From contig CDROCS010000506.1 in assembly GCA_977020255.1 (NCBI GenBank), positions 1,736,001-1,800,000 of the forward strand: a DNA stretch of 64,000 nt, read 5' to 3'. Source of the DNA: Obrimoposthia wandeli (taxonomy: Eukaryota). Positions within the stretch are counted from its first letter, which is position 1, and every line of letters starts with the position of its first letter. Shown here piece after piece: positions 30,267 to 40,214 of the stretch. The notes under the pieces are model-generated. The model saw nothing but the letters and a program-made list of their open reading frames with translations. It did no database searches and had not been told where the DNA came from. The position numbers and the translations under genes are program-made.

Positions 30267-30884
30267 ATGCTCACTTATATCTATTTAATTGCCATCACTG
30301 CCGAAGCTATGTCCGGCGCACTAATGGCGGGTCGTCGTAATATGGACATCTTTGGTGTGGCCGTTATTGCCTTTGTCACTGCACTTGGTGGCGGTACGGT
30401 ACGTGATGTATTATTAGGTAACTTTCCAATTTCTTGGACCCAACATCCGCACTATGTGTATATCACTATATGCGCGGGTTTGTTTACCATTCTGATTGCT
30501 AAACACATGAACCATTTACGCCGCTTATTCTTAGTACTCGATGCGCTAGGACTGATTGCATTTACTATCATTGGCTGTAATGTGGCGATGAAACTCGGTT
30601 ACCACCCAACAGTGATCGTTATGGCGGGCATGATAACGGGTATTTGTGGCGGGGTGTTACGTGACTTACTCTGTAACCGAACACCTGTGGTATTCAGCAA
30701 AGAAATATACGCTGGCATATCATTATTAGTGGCGCTACTTTATCTAGGTTTAGAGCACTTTGGTGTTGACCACAACATCACCCTTATTGTGGCTTTCAGT
30801 GTTGGTGTTACTTTACGTTTGTGTGCTATTTATTGGAAATGGTCATTACCAACCTTTAACTACACATCGGAAGAATGGGACTAG
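30267..30884 (+). CDS. UPF0126/YadS (TRIC-like) membrane protein
   Basis: AMSGAL...MDIFGV...TALGGGTVRDVLLG and LDALGL...GICGGVLRDLL internal repeat. Confidence 0.9.
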   Translation: MLTYIYLIAITAEAMSGALMAGRRNMDIFGVAVIAFVTALGGGTVRDVLLGNFPISWTQHPHYVYITICAGLFTILIAKHMNHLRRLFLVLDALGLIAFTIIGCNVAMKLGYHPTVIVMAGMITGICGGVLRDLLCNRTPVVFSKEIYAGISLLVALLYLGLEHFGVDHNITLIVAFSVGVTLRLCAIYWKWSLPTFNYTSEEWD

Positions 30885-30931
30885 ACAGTACTAAAACGGC
30901 ACTAAACAGAGCTAAACAGTACTAGCGCTGA
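30881..30931. repeat. 10-11 nt tandem array bridging two convergent stop codons
   Basis: CTAGACAGTA / CTAAAACGGCA / CTAAACAGAG / CTAAACAGTA / CTAGCGCTGA; the first unit holds the yadS-like stop, the last the yacL stop. Confidence 0.8.
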
Positions 30932-31293
30932 CTAAAAAATGCTAACCAGGCTTGGAGTATGATTTCAAAATCCTCCAGGCCGCATACAGCCACCGTTTCT
31001 GCATCATAAAAGTTCATGTCGTCATCCAACTCTTCACCCGAATCAATTAACTCTGAATTCATACAAGCACAAACATCTTCTTGCGTCATGGTTAATGTCA
31101 TCTCGTCGCCGATTAAACGATACTCTTGTTTCTTACGGGCTTTTAATAAATCAATTTCAGCTTGAATCAACGCGATAGTGGCTTTATCCGTGCCTAAAGT
31201 GCCTTGGATCCAACTACCCAATGCCGTCTGTTCCATTGAGATTATTACGCGGTAAGTATCTGTCAGGGTATCTTTTCGAAATTCAAAATCCAC
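30922..31293 (-). CDS. yacL: UPF0231 protein YacL
   Basis: MDFEFRKD start, acidic C-terminal half, CGLEDF; downstream of acnB as in enterics and vibrios. Confidence 0.85.
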   Translation of the reverse strand: MDFEFRKDTLTDTYRVIISMEQTALGSWIQGTLGTDKATIALIQAEIDLLKARKKQEYRLIGDEMTLTMTQEDVCACMNSELIDSGEELDDDMNFYDAETVAVCGLEDFEIILQAWLAFFSQR

Positions 31294-31328
31294 GGTTATG
31301 CCTGCTTATTCGTTAGAGGGGTCATCAT

Positions 31329-31372
31329 TTATTAATCGCTTAATAGTCGCTTATTAATCACCTATTAATTGG
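31329..31372. repeat. 11-nt degenerate tandem array upstream of yacL
   Basis: TTATTAATCGC / TTAATAGTCGC / TTATTAATCAC / CTATTAATTGG. Confidence 0.65.
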
Positions 31373-31427
31373 ATAATAGTTTGATCGGTTTTCAAGGGAA
31401 GGGATTGTAGCAAAAAATAGCGGAAAC

Positions 31428-31457
31428 AAAAACGGCTCCCTATCGAGGGAGCCGTTT
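31428..31457 (-). terminator. acnB terminator
   Basis: AAACGGCTCCC-N6-GGGAGCCGTTT with T tract on the minus strand. Confidence 0.85.
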
Positions 31458-31525
31458 CATACACTTATTTTGTTCTATTCGAGTTAGCTAATTAACGATA
31501 CAGTCGTCACTGCATCATCGATTAA

Positions 31526-34105
31526 TTAAACCGCTTCTTGAACAATAACTTCGTTTGCTTTCTCGATGTAAGAAGCAATTTGATCGAAGTTCAGGTAACG
31601 GTAAGTATCCGCTGCCGTTGCATCAAGTTCAGACGCCAGTTCCATGTACTCAGCAACAGTCGGAATACGACCTTTAATTGCCGCTACCGCTGCAACTTCA
31701 GCTGAACTCAAGTAAACATTAGCACCAGTACCTAGACGGTTCGGGAAGTTACGTGTTGAAGTCGAAACAACCGTCGTATTATCACCTACACGTGCTTGGT
31801 TACCCATGCACAGTGAACAACCTGGCATTTCGGTACGTGCGCCCGCTTTACCAAAGATTGAGTAATAACCTTCGTCACTCAATTGTGCGGCATCCATACG
31901 CGTTGGCGGAGTTACCCACATACGTGTTGGTAGCGTACCGTTGAATTTCTCAAGCAATTTACCTGCTGCGCGGAAGTGACCGATGTTAGTCATACATGAA
32001 CCAACAAATACTTCGTCAATCGCAACACCAGCAACATCAGATAATAATTTCACATCATCTGGGTCATTTGGACAAGCTAGGATAGGTTCTTTAACGTCAG
32101 CTAAATCAATTTCGATGATTTCTGCGTATTCAGCGTCAGCATCAGCTTCAAGTAACTGTGGATCAGCGATCCAAGCTTTCATTTCAGCAACACGGCGAGC
32201 AATCGTTTTCGGATCGCCATAACCTTCAGCAATCATCCAGTTCAACATCACGATGTTAGACTCTAGATATTCAATGATTGGCGCTTCGCTTAATTTGATT
32301 GAGCAACCAGCGGCAGAACGTTCTGCAGATGCATCTGATAATTCAAACGCTTGCTCAACTTTAAGCTCTGGTAAACCTTCAATTTCTAGTACACGGCCAG
32401 AGAATGCATTAATTTTGCCTTCTTTAGCAACCGTCAACAGACCTTTCTGGATAGCGTAGTAAGGGATAGCATTAACAAGGTCACGTAGTGTGATACCCGG
32501 TTGTAGTTCACCTTTAAAACGTACCAAGATAGATTCAGGCATATCAAGTGGCATAACACCTGTTGCAGCAGCGAATGCTACTAAACCAGAACCCGCAGGG
32601 AATGAAATACCTAATGGGAAACGTGTATGTGAATCACCACCAGTACCAACGGTATCTGGTAATAACATACGGTTTAACCATGAGTGAATTACACCATCAC
32701 CCGGACGTAAAGAAACACCCGCACGGTTACGAATAAAGTCTGGTAACGTATGGTGAGTTTGTACATCAACTGGTTTAGGGTAAGCCGCTGTATGACAGAA
32801 AGACTGCATTACTAGGTCTGCAGAGAAACCAAGACAAGCTAGATCTTTCAATTCATCACGCGTCATAGGACCCGTAGTATCTTGAGAGCCAACCGTTGTC
32901 ATTTTAGGTTCGCAATATTGGTCAGGACGAACGCCCGTTACACCACATGCTTTACCAACCATCTTCTGCGCTAAAGAGTAACCTTTAGTCGATTCTGCAA
33001 CATCTTTTGGCAGACGGAATACCGTCGAATCTTCTAGACCTAATGCAGCACGAGCACGCGTAGTTAAACCACGACCAATGATAAGTGGAATACGACCACC
33101 GGCACGAACTTCATCTAGAATTACATCAGTTTTGATTTTGAATTCTGTAATTGCAGCGCCAGTATCGTTAGCTTTCACTACACCTTGGTAAGGGTAGATA
33201 TCAATAACGTCGCCAGTGCTTAGGCTACTTACATCAAATTCTAATGGTAGTGCACCTGAATCTTCCATTGTGTTGAAGAAGATTGGCGCGATTTTAGAAC
33301 CGATACAAACACCACCACCACGTTTGTTAGGCACGAATGGGATATCATCACCCATACACCATAACACTGAGTTAGTTGCTGATTTACGCGAAGAACCCGT
33401 ACCAACAACATCACCAACGTAAGCAACTGGGTGACCTTTTTCTTTTAGCTCTTCAATTGCTTGAAGTGGCGTAGCAGAAACACCTTCACGCTCATTTTTA
33501 AGCATAGCAAGTGCATGCAGCGGGATATCTGGACGAGACCATGCATCTGGTGCAGGTGACAAGTCATCTGTATTTGTTTCGCCAGGTACTTTAAATACTG
33601 TTACTGTAATTTTCTCAGCAACTTCAGGTTTAGCTAGGAACCATTCAGCATCAGCCCAAGATTGCATTACTTGTTGTGCGAATTTGTTACCCGCTTTAGC
33701 TTTTTCTTCAACAGTATAGAAAGCATCAAACATTAATAGCGTGTGTGATAAGCCTTTTGCAGCGATAGGTGCAAGCGCATCAACGTCCAGTAATTCAACC
33801 AGCGTTTCGATGTTGTAACCACCTTGCATCGTGCCAAGTAGTTCAGTAGCACGTTCTGCAGATAAGATAGGTGATGTCGCTTCACCTTTAACAATCGCTG
33901 TTAAAAAGCCAGCTTTTACATAAGCAGCTTCATCCACACCCGGTGGTACACGATTAGTTAAAAGATCTAAAATAACGTCTTCTTCGCCAGCGATTGGTGA
34001 TTTAACCAATTCAACTAGACCAGCAACTTGTTCAGCATCAAGAGGTTTAGGTACAACCCCATCAGCGGCACGTTCTTCGACATGTTTACGATAAGCTTTA
34101 AGCAC
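31526..34105 (-). CDS. acnB: Aconitate hydratase B
   Basis: [62 protein letters not shown]. Confidence 0.98.
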   Translation of the reverse strand: MLKAYRKHVEERAADGVVPKPLDAEQVAGLVELVKSPIAGEEDVILDLLTNRVPPGVDEAAYVKAGFLTAIVKGEATSPILSAERATELLGTMQGGYNIETLVELLDVDALAPIAAKGLSHTLLMFDAFYTVEEKAKAGNKFAQQVMQSWADAEWFLAKPEVAEKITVTVFKVPGETNTDDLSPAPDAWSRPDIPLHALAMLKNEREGVSATPLQAIEELKEKGHPVAYVGDVVGTGSSRKSATNSVLWCMGDDIPFVPNKRGGGVCIGSKIAPIFFNTMEDSGALPLEFDVSSLSTGDVIDIYPYQGVVKANDTGAAITEFKIKTDVILDEVRAGGRIPLIIGRGLTTRARAALGLEDSTVFRLPKDVAESTKGYSLAQKMVGKACGVTGVRPDQYCEPKMTTVGSQDTTGPMTRDELKDLACLGFSADLVMQSFCHTAAYPKPVDVQTHHTLPDFIRNRAGVSLRPGDGVIHSWLNRMLLPDTVGTGGDSHTRFPLGISFPAGSGLVAFAAATGVMPLDMPESILVRFKGELQPGITLRDLVNAIPYYAIQKGLLTVAKEGKINAFSGRVLEIEGLPELKVEQAFELSDASAERSAAGCSIKLSEAPIIEYLESNIVMLNWMIAEGYGDPKTIARRVAEMKAWIADPQLLEADADAEYAEIIEIDLADVKEPILACPNDPDDVKLLSDVAGVAIDEVFVGSCMTNIGHFRAAGKLLEKFNGTLPTRMWVTPPTRMDAAQLSDEGYYSIFGKAGARTEMPGCSLCMGNQARVGDNTTVVSTSTRNFPNRLGTGANVYLSSAEVAAVAAIKGRIPTVAEYMELASELDATAADTYRYLNFDQIASYIEKANEVIVQEAV

Positions 34106-34383
34106 AACACATTCCTCTCATTTTATGCCACCCATGGTGGACATCCTTGTTATATATAACCCTAACTTAGTAATTTTTTCTGTGAGTCCAACGGTTATTT
34201 ATGTGAACTCAGCAATAATAAAGTTAGAGCCTCTTGCAGAGTGTTCACAAATATAACATTTTTAACTTAAAATTAAAATTAAAGCAGCATGTGCATCAGG
34301 ACTTTTACATAAATACTCAACATTCATCAAACTTATGATGAAAAAGTCATAGCTAATTTATATGAATGTCTCTAACGTCATAT

Positions 34384-36702
34384 TTAGAAATTATTACCTA
34401 TAAACAGGTACCCAGACGCATGACCACCTTCAGCATAACCATACGACAACATCACCGGGCCAATACCGGTATCTAGCGCGACAAACATACTACCCGCTGT
34501 AATCGTTGAATCAAAACTGATGTCATCAGTATCGTTCCAGACATTACCCTGTTCGATTGAAGCCCCTAAATAAAGTGGTAATGAGAATGCACCAAAATTG
34601 TTATCCAATAAACGATGGCGATAGATTAATGCCACAAGTCCTTTATGATTACCGGTGAGTTCGTTAATACCATAACCCGACAGATTCTGAAAACCACCAA
34701 TACCGACTTCGAACGTCGGTGAAATAGGCGGTCCATCATAACTGGCCACCGATGCCTTAAACTCCAACGTAGAGCGATCTAATGACACCGCATTACGCCA
34801 GTCTAAGCTAAAGAAGATATTATTTTCGTTACTATTTAAATATTCACCAGTATCAATATAAACATCCGCATCTAATTTAAAACCTTTTGTTGGAAACGAG
34901 ATATTATCAAACGAATCTAAACGAGTTTTTACATACCAACCTTGGCTATCGAAATCTTCATCGAGGGTAGTACCAATGATTTCTGCAGTACCTGATTGAT
35001 AATAACTACCAACCGCAACTTGCATCCACTCAAACGGGATCACACCTAACTCAGCATATACACCTACTTGCTCGGTTCTAACCGGAAAATATTCGAAAGT
35101 CGAATTGATTGGCGTCAGCCCCGGATCATTAACAGAACCTAAATAGAGCTTACTTTCATAGTTTTCTAAGCGCACGCCAGTTTTAAAGAAAAAATACTGG
35201 TGATAATCAATTGGAGAATAAAATTCAGTAGTGATATTTGAATCCGATCCATACACTAACTCAGTACGCCATTCCCCGCCCAGTCGATTCAAATCACTCA
35301 AGATATATTGTAAACCGATTTGTTGGCTATCATCACTGGTGGTTGATTGTTGAATGTTGAATTTAAAATCCACATAACCCGGTCCCCAACTTTTCTCAAC
35401 CACGTTGATATTCAAGTCATGAAGACCATCTTTTTCAGTGATGGTGTAATCAATTTTTTGAAATAAATTTAATGCATAAAGCTCATCAAGTTCCTGTTCT
35501 AACTCCGCGACAGTGATTTTGTCACCACGCTTTAAGCTTAATTTATTTTCGATCACGCGTGGGCTTAACCGCGTATCGGTATTAATTTTAATATCGTTTA
35601 TTTCAATGGTTTCTATTTGCGCTAATTGCTGCTTTCGCGCTGCTTTTTGTTGTAGGTATAATGCGTACTCAGCATCAGATACAGACAATGCATTCAATTT
35701 AGCACTGGCATACTCTGCGGCTTTCTCACCTCGCACAACAGCCTCAGGCATCAAATCAAAGTCAGCCGTACCGATACCATCAATATCAGGGCTCAATAAC
35801 ACATCTTGCTCAGATAACTTTAAGATCTGTTCATTAGCACTCGCACGTGTCATCGAACTCGATAGCTGATCAAAAATAAGAAACGCACTGGTGATCTCTT
35901 CTTGAGTATAAAGTTGAGAACCGATATCCACCGCAATGACAATATCTGCGCCCATCTCTTGCAAGACACCAATCGGTAAGTTATTCACCATGCCACCATC
36001 AACAAGATGCTGACCGTCAATAAATACTGGCGTTAATGCTCCTGGGATCGACATACTAGCTTGCATGACTTTGGACAAATCGCCACGCTCTAATACCACT
36101 TCGCGCATAGTTTCAACATTGGTTGCAATAGCGCGGTATGGGATTGGCAATAAGTCAAAATGGCTCACATAAGGTAAGCTATTGGTGGATAGGCGCAACA
36201 ATTTACCCATACCCTGGCCTTGAACAAAGCCCGATGGATACTCTACATTTTTACCGTCAAAGCCAATATTAGTCTGAATTTGGAAGGAATCCTGACGTCG
36301 CTTTTCTCTTATGGAGAGCGCCTCACGTGGCACATCATCGTTATAACCTTGGGCCCAGTCATAATCCGCTAAGATAGCTTCAATTTCAGCAGATGAACGC
36401 CCCATCGCATACATACCCGCAATAAATGAACCCATGCTGGTACCGGAGACATAATCGACAGGAATATTGTGCTTTTCTAAATACTTAATCACCCCTAAAT
36501 GCGCAGCACCTTTGGCACCACCGCCACTTAAGGCCAGGCCAATTTTTGGACGTGTTTTTTCACTCACCTGAATAGTTGCTGGAGCTGAGGTAGAAATACC
36601 ATCTGCGGCTGTCGCAGTGCTTATATTAAGGCTAATAAAAGCGAGAAGTAACCCGTTCATCATTGTAAATGAAGAACCAAAAATCCGTTTAATCTGAGAC
36701 AT
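34384..36702 (-). CDS. Patatin-like phospholipase with POTRA and Omp85-like barrel (PlpD/type Vd-like)
   Basis: Signal peptide; GGGAKG, GTSMG and DGG patatin motifs; POTRA-like segment; beta-rich C-terminus ending GYLFIGNNF. Confidence 0.85.
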   Translation of the reverse strand: MSQIKRIFGSSFTMMNGLLLAFISLNISTATAADGISTSAPATIQVSEKTRPKIGLALSGGGAKGAAHLGVIKYLEKHNIPVDYVSGTSMGSFIAGMYAMGRSSAEIEAILADYDWAQGYNDDVPREALSIREKRRQDSFQIQTNIGFDGKNVEYPSGFVQGQGMGKLLRLSTNSLPYVSHFDLLPIPYRAIATNVETMREVVLERGDLSKVMQASMSIPGALTPVFIDGQHLVDGGMVNNLPIGVLQEMGADIVIAVDIGSQLYTQEEITSAFLIFDQLSSSMTRASANEQILKLSEQDVLLSPDIDGIGTADFDLMPEAVVRGEKAAEYASAKLNALSVSDAEYALYLQQKAARKQQLAQIETIEINDIKINTDTRLSPRVIENKLSLKRGDKITVAELEQELDELYALNLFQKIDYTITEKDGLHDLNINVVEKSWGPGYVDFKFNIQQSTTSDDSQQIGLQYILSDLNRLGGEWRTELVYGSDSNITTEFYSPIDYHQYFFFKTGVRLENYESKLYLGSVNDPGLTPINSTFEYFPVRTEQVGVYAELGVIPFEWMQVAVGSYYQSGTAEIIGTTLDEDFDSQGWYVKTRLDSFDNISFPTKGFKLDADVYIDTGEYLNSNENNIFFSLDWRNAVSLDRSTLEFKASVASYDGPPISPTFEVGIGGFQNLSGYGINELTGNHKGLVALIYRHRLLDNNFGAFSLPLYLGASIEQGNVWNDTDDISFDSTITAGSMFVALDTGIGPVMLSYGYAEGGHASGYLFIGNNF

Positions 36703-36881
36703 AGTTTAATGACGATCCTAAAAATTAATCCATCCCATCCACTGGGAACAACACGTTATATTCAATAAAATGTATAGCTATACCCAACTATACTAGCAAC
36801 TTCTGTTTTAAAATGCCTAATACCAATTACATAAAATAACCGAACAGACATTTTGTTGGCAAGGATAGGAATAACAGGCAT

Positions 36882-36907
36882 AAAAAAAGCGACCCTAAGG
36901 TCGCTTT
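36882..36907 (-). terminator. lpdA terminator
   Basis: AAAGCGACC-TTAG-GGTCGCTTT plus T tract on the minus strand. Confidence 0.9.
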
Positions 36908-36933
36908 CTACTTTTAACGATTAACTCGCTAAA

Positions 36934-38364
36934 TTATTTTCTTTTTACAGCTTTTGCATTAGGAAGATCTGTAATAGAACCTTCATAAATTTCTGCAGCC
37001 ATACCAACTGATTCGTGTAACGTTGGGTGAGCATGAATTGTTAATGCGATATCTTCTGCATCACAACCCATTTCAATTGCTAGACAAACTTCACCTAGTA
37101 ATTCACCAGCGTTAGTACCAACCATAGCACCACCGATAATACGGTTAGTGTCTTTGTTGAATAATAACTTAGTCATACCGTTAGATGCGTCAGAAGCGAT
37201 CGCACGACCTGATGCAGCCCAAGGGAATACAGCAGCTTCGTAGTTTACGCCTTGCTCTTTCGCTTCTTTCTCAGTTAGACCTGCCCACGCCATTTCTGGC
37301 TCAGTGTAAGCAATTGATGGAATAACTTTAGGATCGAAGAAGTGTTTCTTGCCAGCAATGTTTTCTGCAGCAACGTGACCTTCATGCACACCTTTATGCG
37401 CCAACATAGGTTGACCAACGATATCGCCGATTGCATAGATGTGTGGAACGTTCGTGCTCATAGTTTTATCTGTTTCGATAAAGCCACGCTCAGTTACATT
37501 AATACCCGCTTTCTCAGCATTTAAGCCAAGACCGTTTGGTACACGACCAACAGCAACAAGAACAGCGTCATAACGTACTGGTTCAGCAGGCGCTTTTTTG
37601 CCTTCAAACGTAACGTATAGACCGTCTTCTTTTGCTTCAACGCCAGTTACTTTAGTGCTTAGCATAACGTTAAATTTGTTTTTAACTGCTTTAGCATAAA
37701 TTTTAACGATGTCTTTATCCGCTGCAGGTACTAATTGATCTGCAAACTCAACAACGTCAATATCAGAACCTAGTGCAGAGTACACAGTACCCATTTCTAG
37801 ACCGATAATACCACCACCAAGAACCAATAGTTTACCAGGAACTTCAGTCAATGCTAACGCATCTGTTGAATCCCAAACGCGTGGATCTTCATGCGGAATA
37901 AATGGTAGTTTAACTGGACGTGAACCCGCTGCAATGATTGCATTATCAAAAGTAACTGTTGTAACGTTACCGTCACGGTCAGTTGCTTCGATTGTGTTAG
38001 CGCCAGTAAATTGTGCTAAACCTTCAACCACTTTAACTTTACGCATCTTAGCCATTCCGCCAAGACCACCAGTTAATTGACCAACAACTTTTTCTTTCCA
38101 TGAACGGATTTTAGTGATGTCAGTTTGTGGTTCGCCGAACACGATACCGTGCTCTGCTAATGATTTTGCTTCTTCGATTACTTTAGCTACGTGTAGTAAA
38201 GCTTTTGAAGGGATACAACCAACGTTAAGACAAACACCACCTAGGGTGTTGTAACGTTCGATGATTACAGTTTCTAAACCTAAATCTGCAGCACGGAATG
38301 CAGCAGAGTAGCCCGCAGGACCAGCGCCAAGTACTACTACTTGAGCTTTAACTTCATTACTCAT
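36934..38364 (-). CDS. lpdA: Dihydrolipoamide dehydrogenase
   Basis: GAGPAGY, GGVCLNVGCIPSK redox disulfide, GGGIIGLE, HAHPTLHE. Confidence 0.98.
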   Translation of the reverse strand: MSNEVKAQVVVLGAGPAGYSAAFRAADLGLETVIIERYNTLGGVCLNVGCIPSKALLHVAKVIEEAKSLAEHGIVFGEPQTDITKIRSWKEKVVGQLTGGLGGMAKMRKVKVVEGLAQFTGANTIEATDRDGNVTTVTFDNAIIAAGSRPVKLPFIPHEDPRVWDSTDALALTEVPGKLLVLGGGIIGLEMGTVYSALGSDIDVVEFADQLVPAADKDIVKIYAKAVKNKFNVMLSTKVTGVEAKEDGLYVTFEGKKAPAEPVRYDAVLVAVGRVPNGLGLNAEKAGINVTERGFIETDKTMSTNVPHIYAIGDIVGQPMLAHKGVHEGHVAAENIAGKKHFFDPKVIPSIAYTEPEMAWAGLTEKEAKEQGVNYEAAVFPWAASGRAIASDASNGMTKLLFNKDTNRIIGGAMVGTNAGELLGEVCLAIEMGCDAEDIALTIHAHPTLHESVGMAAEIYEGSITDLPNAKAVKRK

Positions 38365-38383
38365 TATGACCTCGTTGTCATTT

Positions 38384-38462
38384 AATTATCTGGAATGGCG
38401 GATACCTCACTCAGAGGCACAATTTAAAGCTTCTGAGTAATGATGTTCGAATCCAGATAATT
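38384..38462 (-). promoter_or_regulatory. Long stem-loop in the lpdA leader
   Basis: 11-bp perfect outer stem AATTATCTGGA/TCCAGATAATT and 7-bp inner stem ACTCAGA/TCTGAGT. Confidence 0.7.
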
Positions 38463-38487
38463 TTACATATATGTTAAATAAATGAGA
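38460..38487 (-). promoter_or_regulatory. Internal lpdA promoter (-10 TAAAAT) with adjacent ArcA-like box
   Basis: TTTAACATATATGTAAAAT resembles the E. coli Plpd region as recalled; GTTAAATAAATGAGA (38473-38487) is 12/15 to the ArcA consensus GTTAATTAAATGTTA. Confidence 0.5.
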
Positions 38488-38551
38488 AGTAAAAAGAGTT
38501 AAAACATTGCAAAAATGCGATAACTCTTCTGATTAAATACCAAAACTTCTC
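38484..38551 (-). terminator. Nested hairpin after aceF, possible terminator or stabiliser
   Basis: GAGAAGT/ACTTCTC and AAGAGTTA/TAACTCTT nested inverted repeats. Confidence 0.45.
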
Positions 38552-38608
38552 TTTAATTAAATACTAAAACTATTACTCGATTAAAATTAAGCTTTTGCTT
38601 AACTAAAA

Positions 38609-40204
38609 TTAAAGTACTAGTTGACGAAGATCTGAAAGATATCCGTTTAATGCTGTAACAAAACGAGCACCATCAGCACCATCGATCACACGGTGATCAT
38701 ATGAAAGAGCCATTGGTAACATAAGACGAGGAGCAAAGTCTTTGCCATCCCACTTAGGTTTAATTTCAGAACGTGATACGCCTAAAATTGCAACTTCAGG
38801 AGCATTAACGATTGGTGTAAATTGAGTACCACCGATACCGCCAAGGCTAGAAATTGTGAAACAACCGCCTTGCATGTCAGAAGAAGTTAGTTTACCAGAA
38901 CGTGCTTTCTTAGAGATAACAGCAAGATCTTGGCAAAGCTCGTAAATACCTTTCTGGTCAACGTTACGGATAACCGGAACAACTAGACCGTTTGGAGTAT
39001 CAACAGCAACACCAACGTTGATGTATTTCTTCTGAATGATGCTTTCGCCATCTTCGCCGATTGAAGTGTTGAACTTCGGATAATCAGCTAACGCTTTAGC
39101 TACTGCTTTAACGATGAAGATAAGTGGAGAAATCTTGAAGCCTTTATCTTGCTTAACAAGTTTGTTGTTCTCAACTTTACGGAACGCTTCTAGTTCAGTG
39201 ATGTCTGCTTCGTCGAACTGTGTAACGTGTGGGATTTTAACCCAGTTACGGTGCAGGTTCGGACCAGAAATTTTCTGGATGCGAGTCATCTTAACTACTT
39301 CGATTTCACCAAATTTAGCGAAATCAACTTTCGGCCATGCTAGTACGTCCATACCAGAACCGTTGCCGCCAGTAGCGCCAGATTCTAAACGTTTAACTGC
39401 ATTTTTAACGTAAGTTTGTACGTCTTCTTTCGCGATGCGACCTTTACGACCAGTTGCGCCAACTTTATCTAAGTTAACACCGAATTCGCGTGCTAGACGA
39501 CGAACTACTGGTGATGCATGGTGGTAAGCGTCGTTTTCAACGAAACCAGTTGCTTCAGGTGCAGTTTTTGATGCAACAGGAGCAGCAGCTTTCGGTGCTT
39601 CAACTTTTGCAGCAGGTGCAGCGGCAGCAGCTTGTGCTACAGGAGCAGCAACAGGTGCAGCGCCAGCAACTTCAAACGTCATGATGAAAGAACCAGTTGT
39701 TACTTTATCGCCAACAGCTGCTTTAATTTCTTTCACAACACCAGCGAATGGTGCAGGAACTTCCATTGAAGCTTTATCGCCTTCAACAGCCATTAACGTG
39801 TCTTCTTCAGCAACAGTATCGCCAACTTTAACTGAAATCTCAGTTACTTCCACTTCATCGTCGCCGATGTCAGGAATGTTAACTTCTAATACTTGTACCG
39901 CAGCAGCTGCAACAGGAGCCGCTTCAGCTACTGGAGCAACAGCAACGTCAGCTACTGGAGCCGCTGCGCTTGCTGCATCAGCAAAGATAAAGATTAATGA
40001 ACCAGTTTTCACTGTGTCGCCAACATTTACACGGATTTCTTGTACTACACCAGCTTGTGGTGCAGGAACTTCCATAGACGCTTTGTCACCCTCAACAGCA
40101 AGCAAAGTATCTTCTTCTGCAACTGTATCGCCGATTTGAACGGAAATCTCAGTTACTTCTACTTCATCATCACCAATGTCTGGAACGAAAATTTCAATAC
40201 TCAT
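38609..40204 (-). CDS. aceF: Pyruvate dehydrogenase E2, two lipoyl domains
   Basis: Two GDKASMEVP lipoyl motifs, [13 protein letters not shown]3-binding domain, DHRVIDG catalytic motif. Confidence 0.97.
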   Translation of the reverse strand: MSIEIFVPDIGDDEVEVTEISVQIGDTVAEEDTLLAVEGDKASMEVPAPQAGVVQEIRVNVGDTVKTGSLIFIFADAASAAAPVADVAVAPVAEAAPVAAAAVQVLEVNIPDIGDDEVEVTEISVKVGDTVAEEDTLMAVEGDKASMEVPAPFAGVVKEIKAAVGDKVTTGSFIMTFEVAGAAPVAAPVAQAAAAAPAAKVEAPKAAAPVASKTAPEATGFVENDAYHHASPVVRRLAREFGVNLDKVGATGRKGRIAKEDVQTYVKNAVKRLESGATGGNGSGMDVLAWPKVDFAKFGEIEVVKMTRIQKISGPNLHRNWVKIPHVTQFDEADITELEAFRKVENNKLVKQDKGFKISPLIFIVKAVAKALADYPKFNTSIGEDGESIIQKKYINVGVAVDTPNGLVVPVIRNVDQKGIYELCQDLAVISKKARSGKLTSSDMQGGCFTISSLGGIGGTQFTPIVNAPEVAILGVSRSEIKPKWDGKDFAPRLMLPMALSYDHRVIDGADGARFVTALNGYLSDLRQLVL

Positions 40205-40214
40205 TTTTTATACC

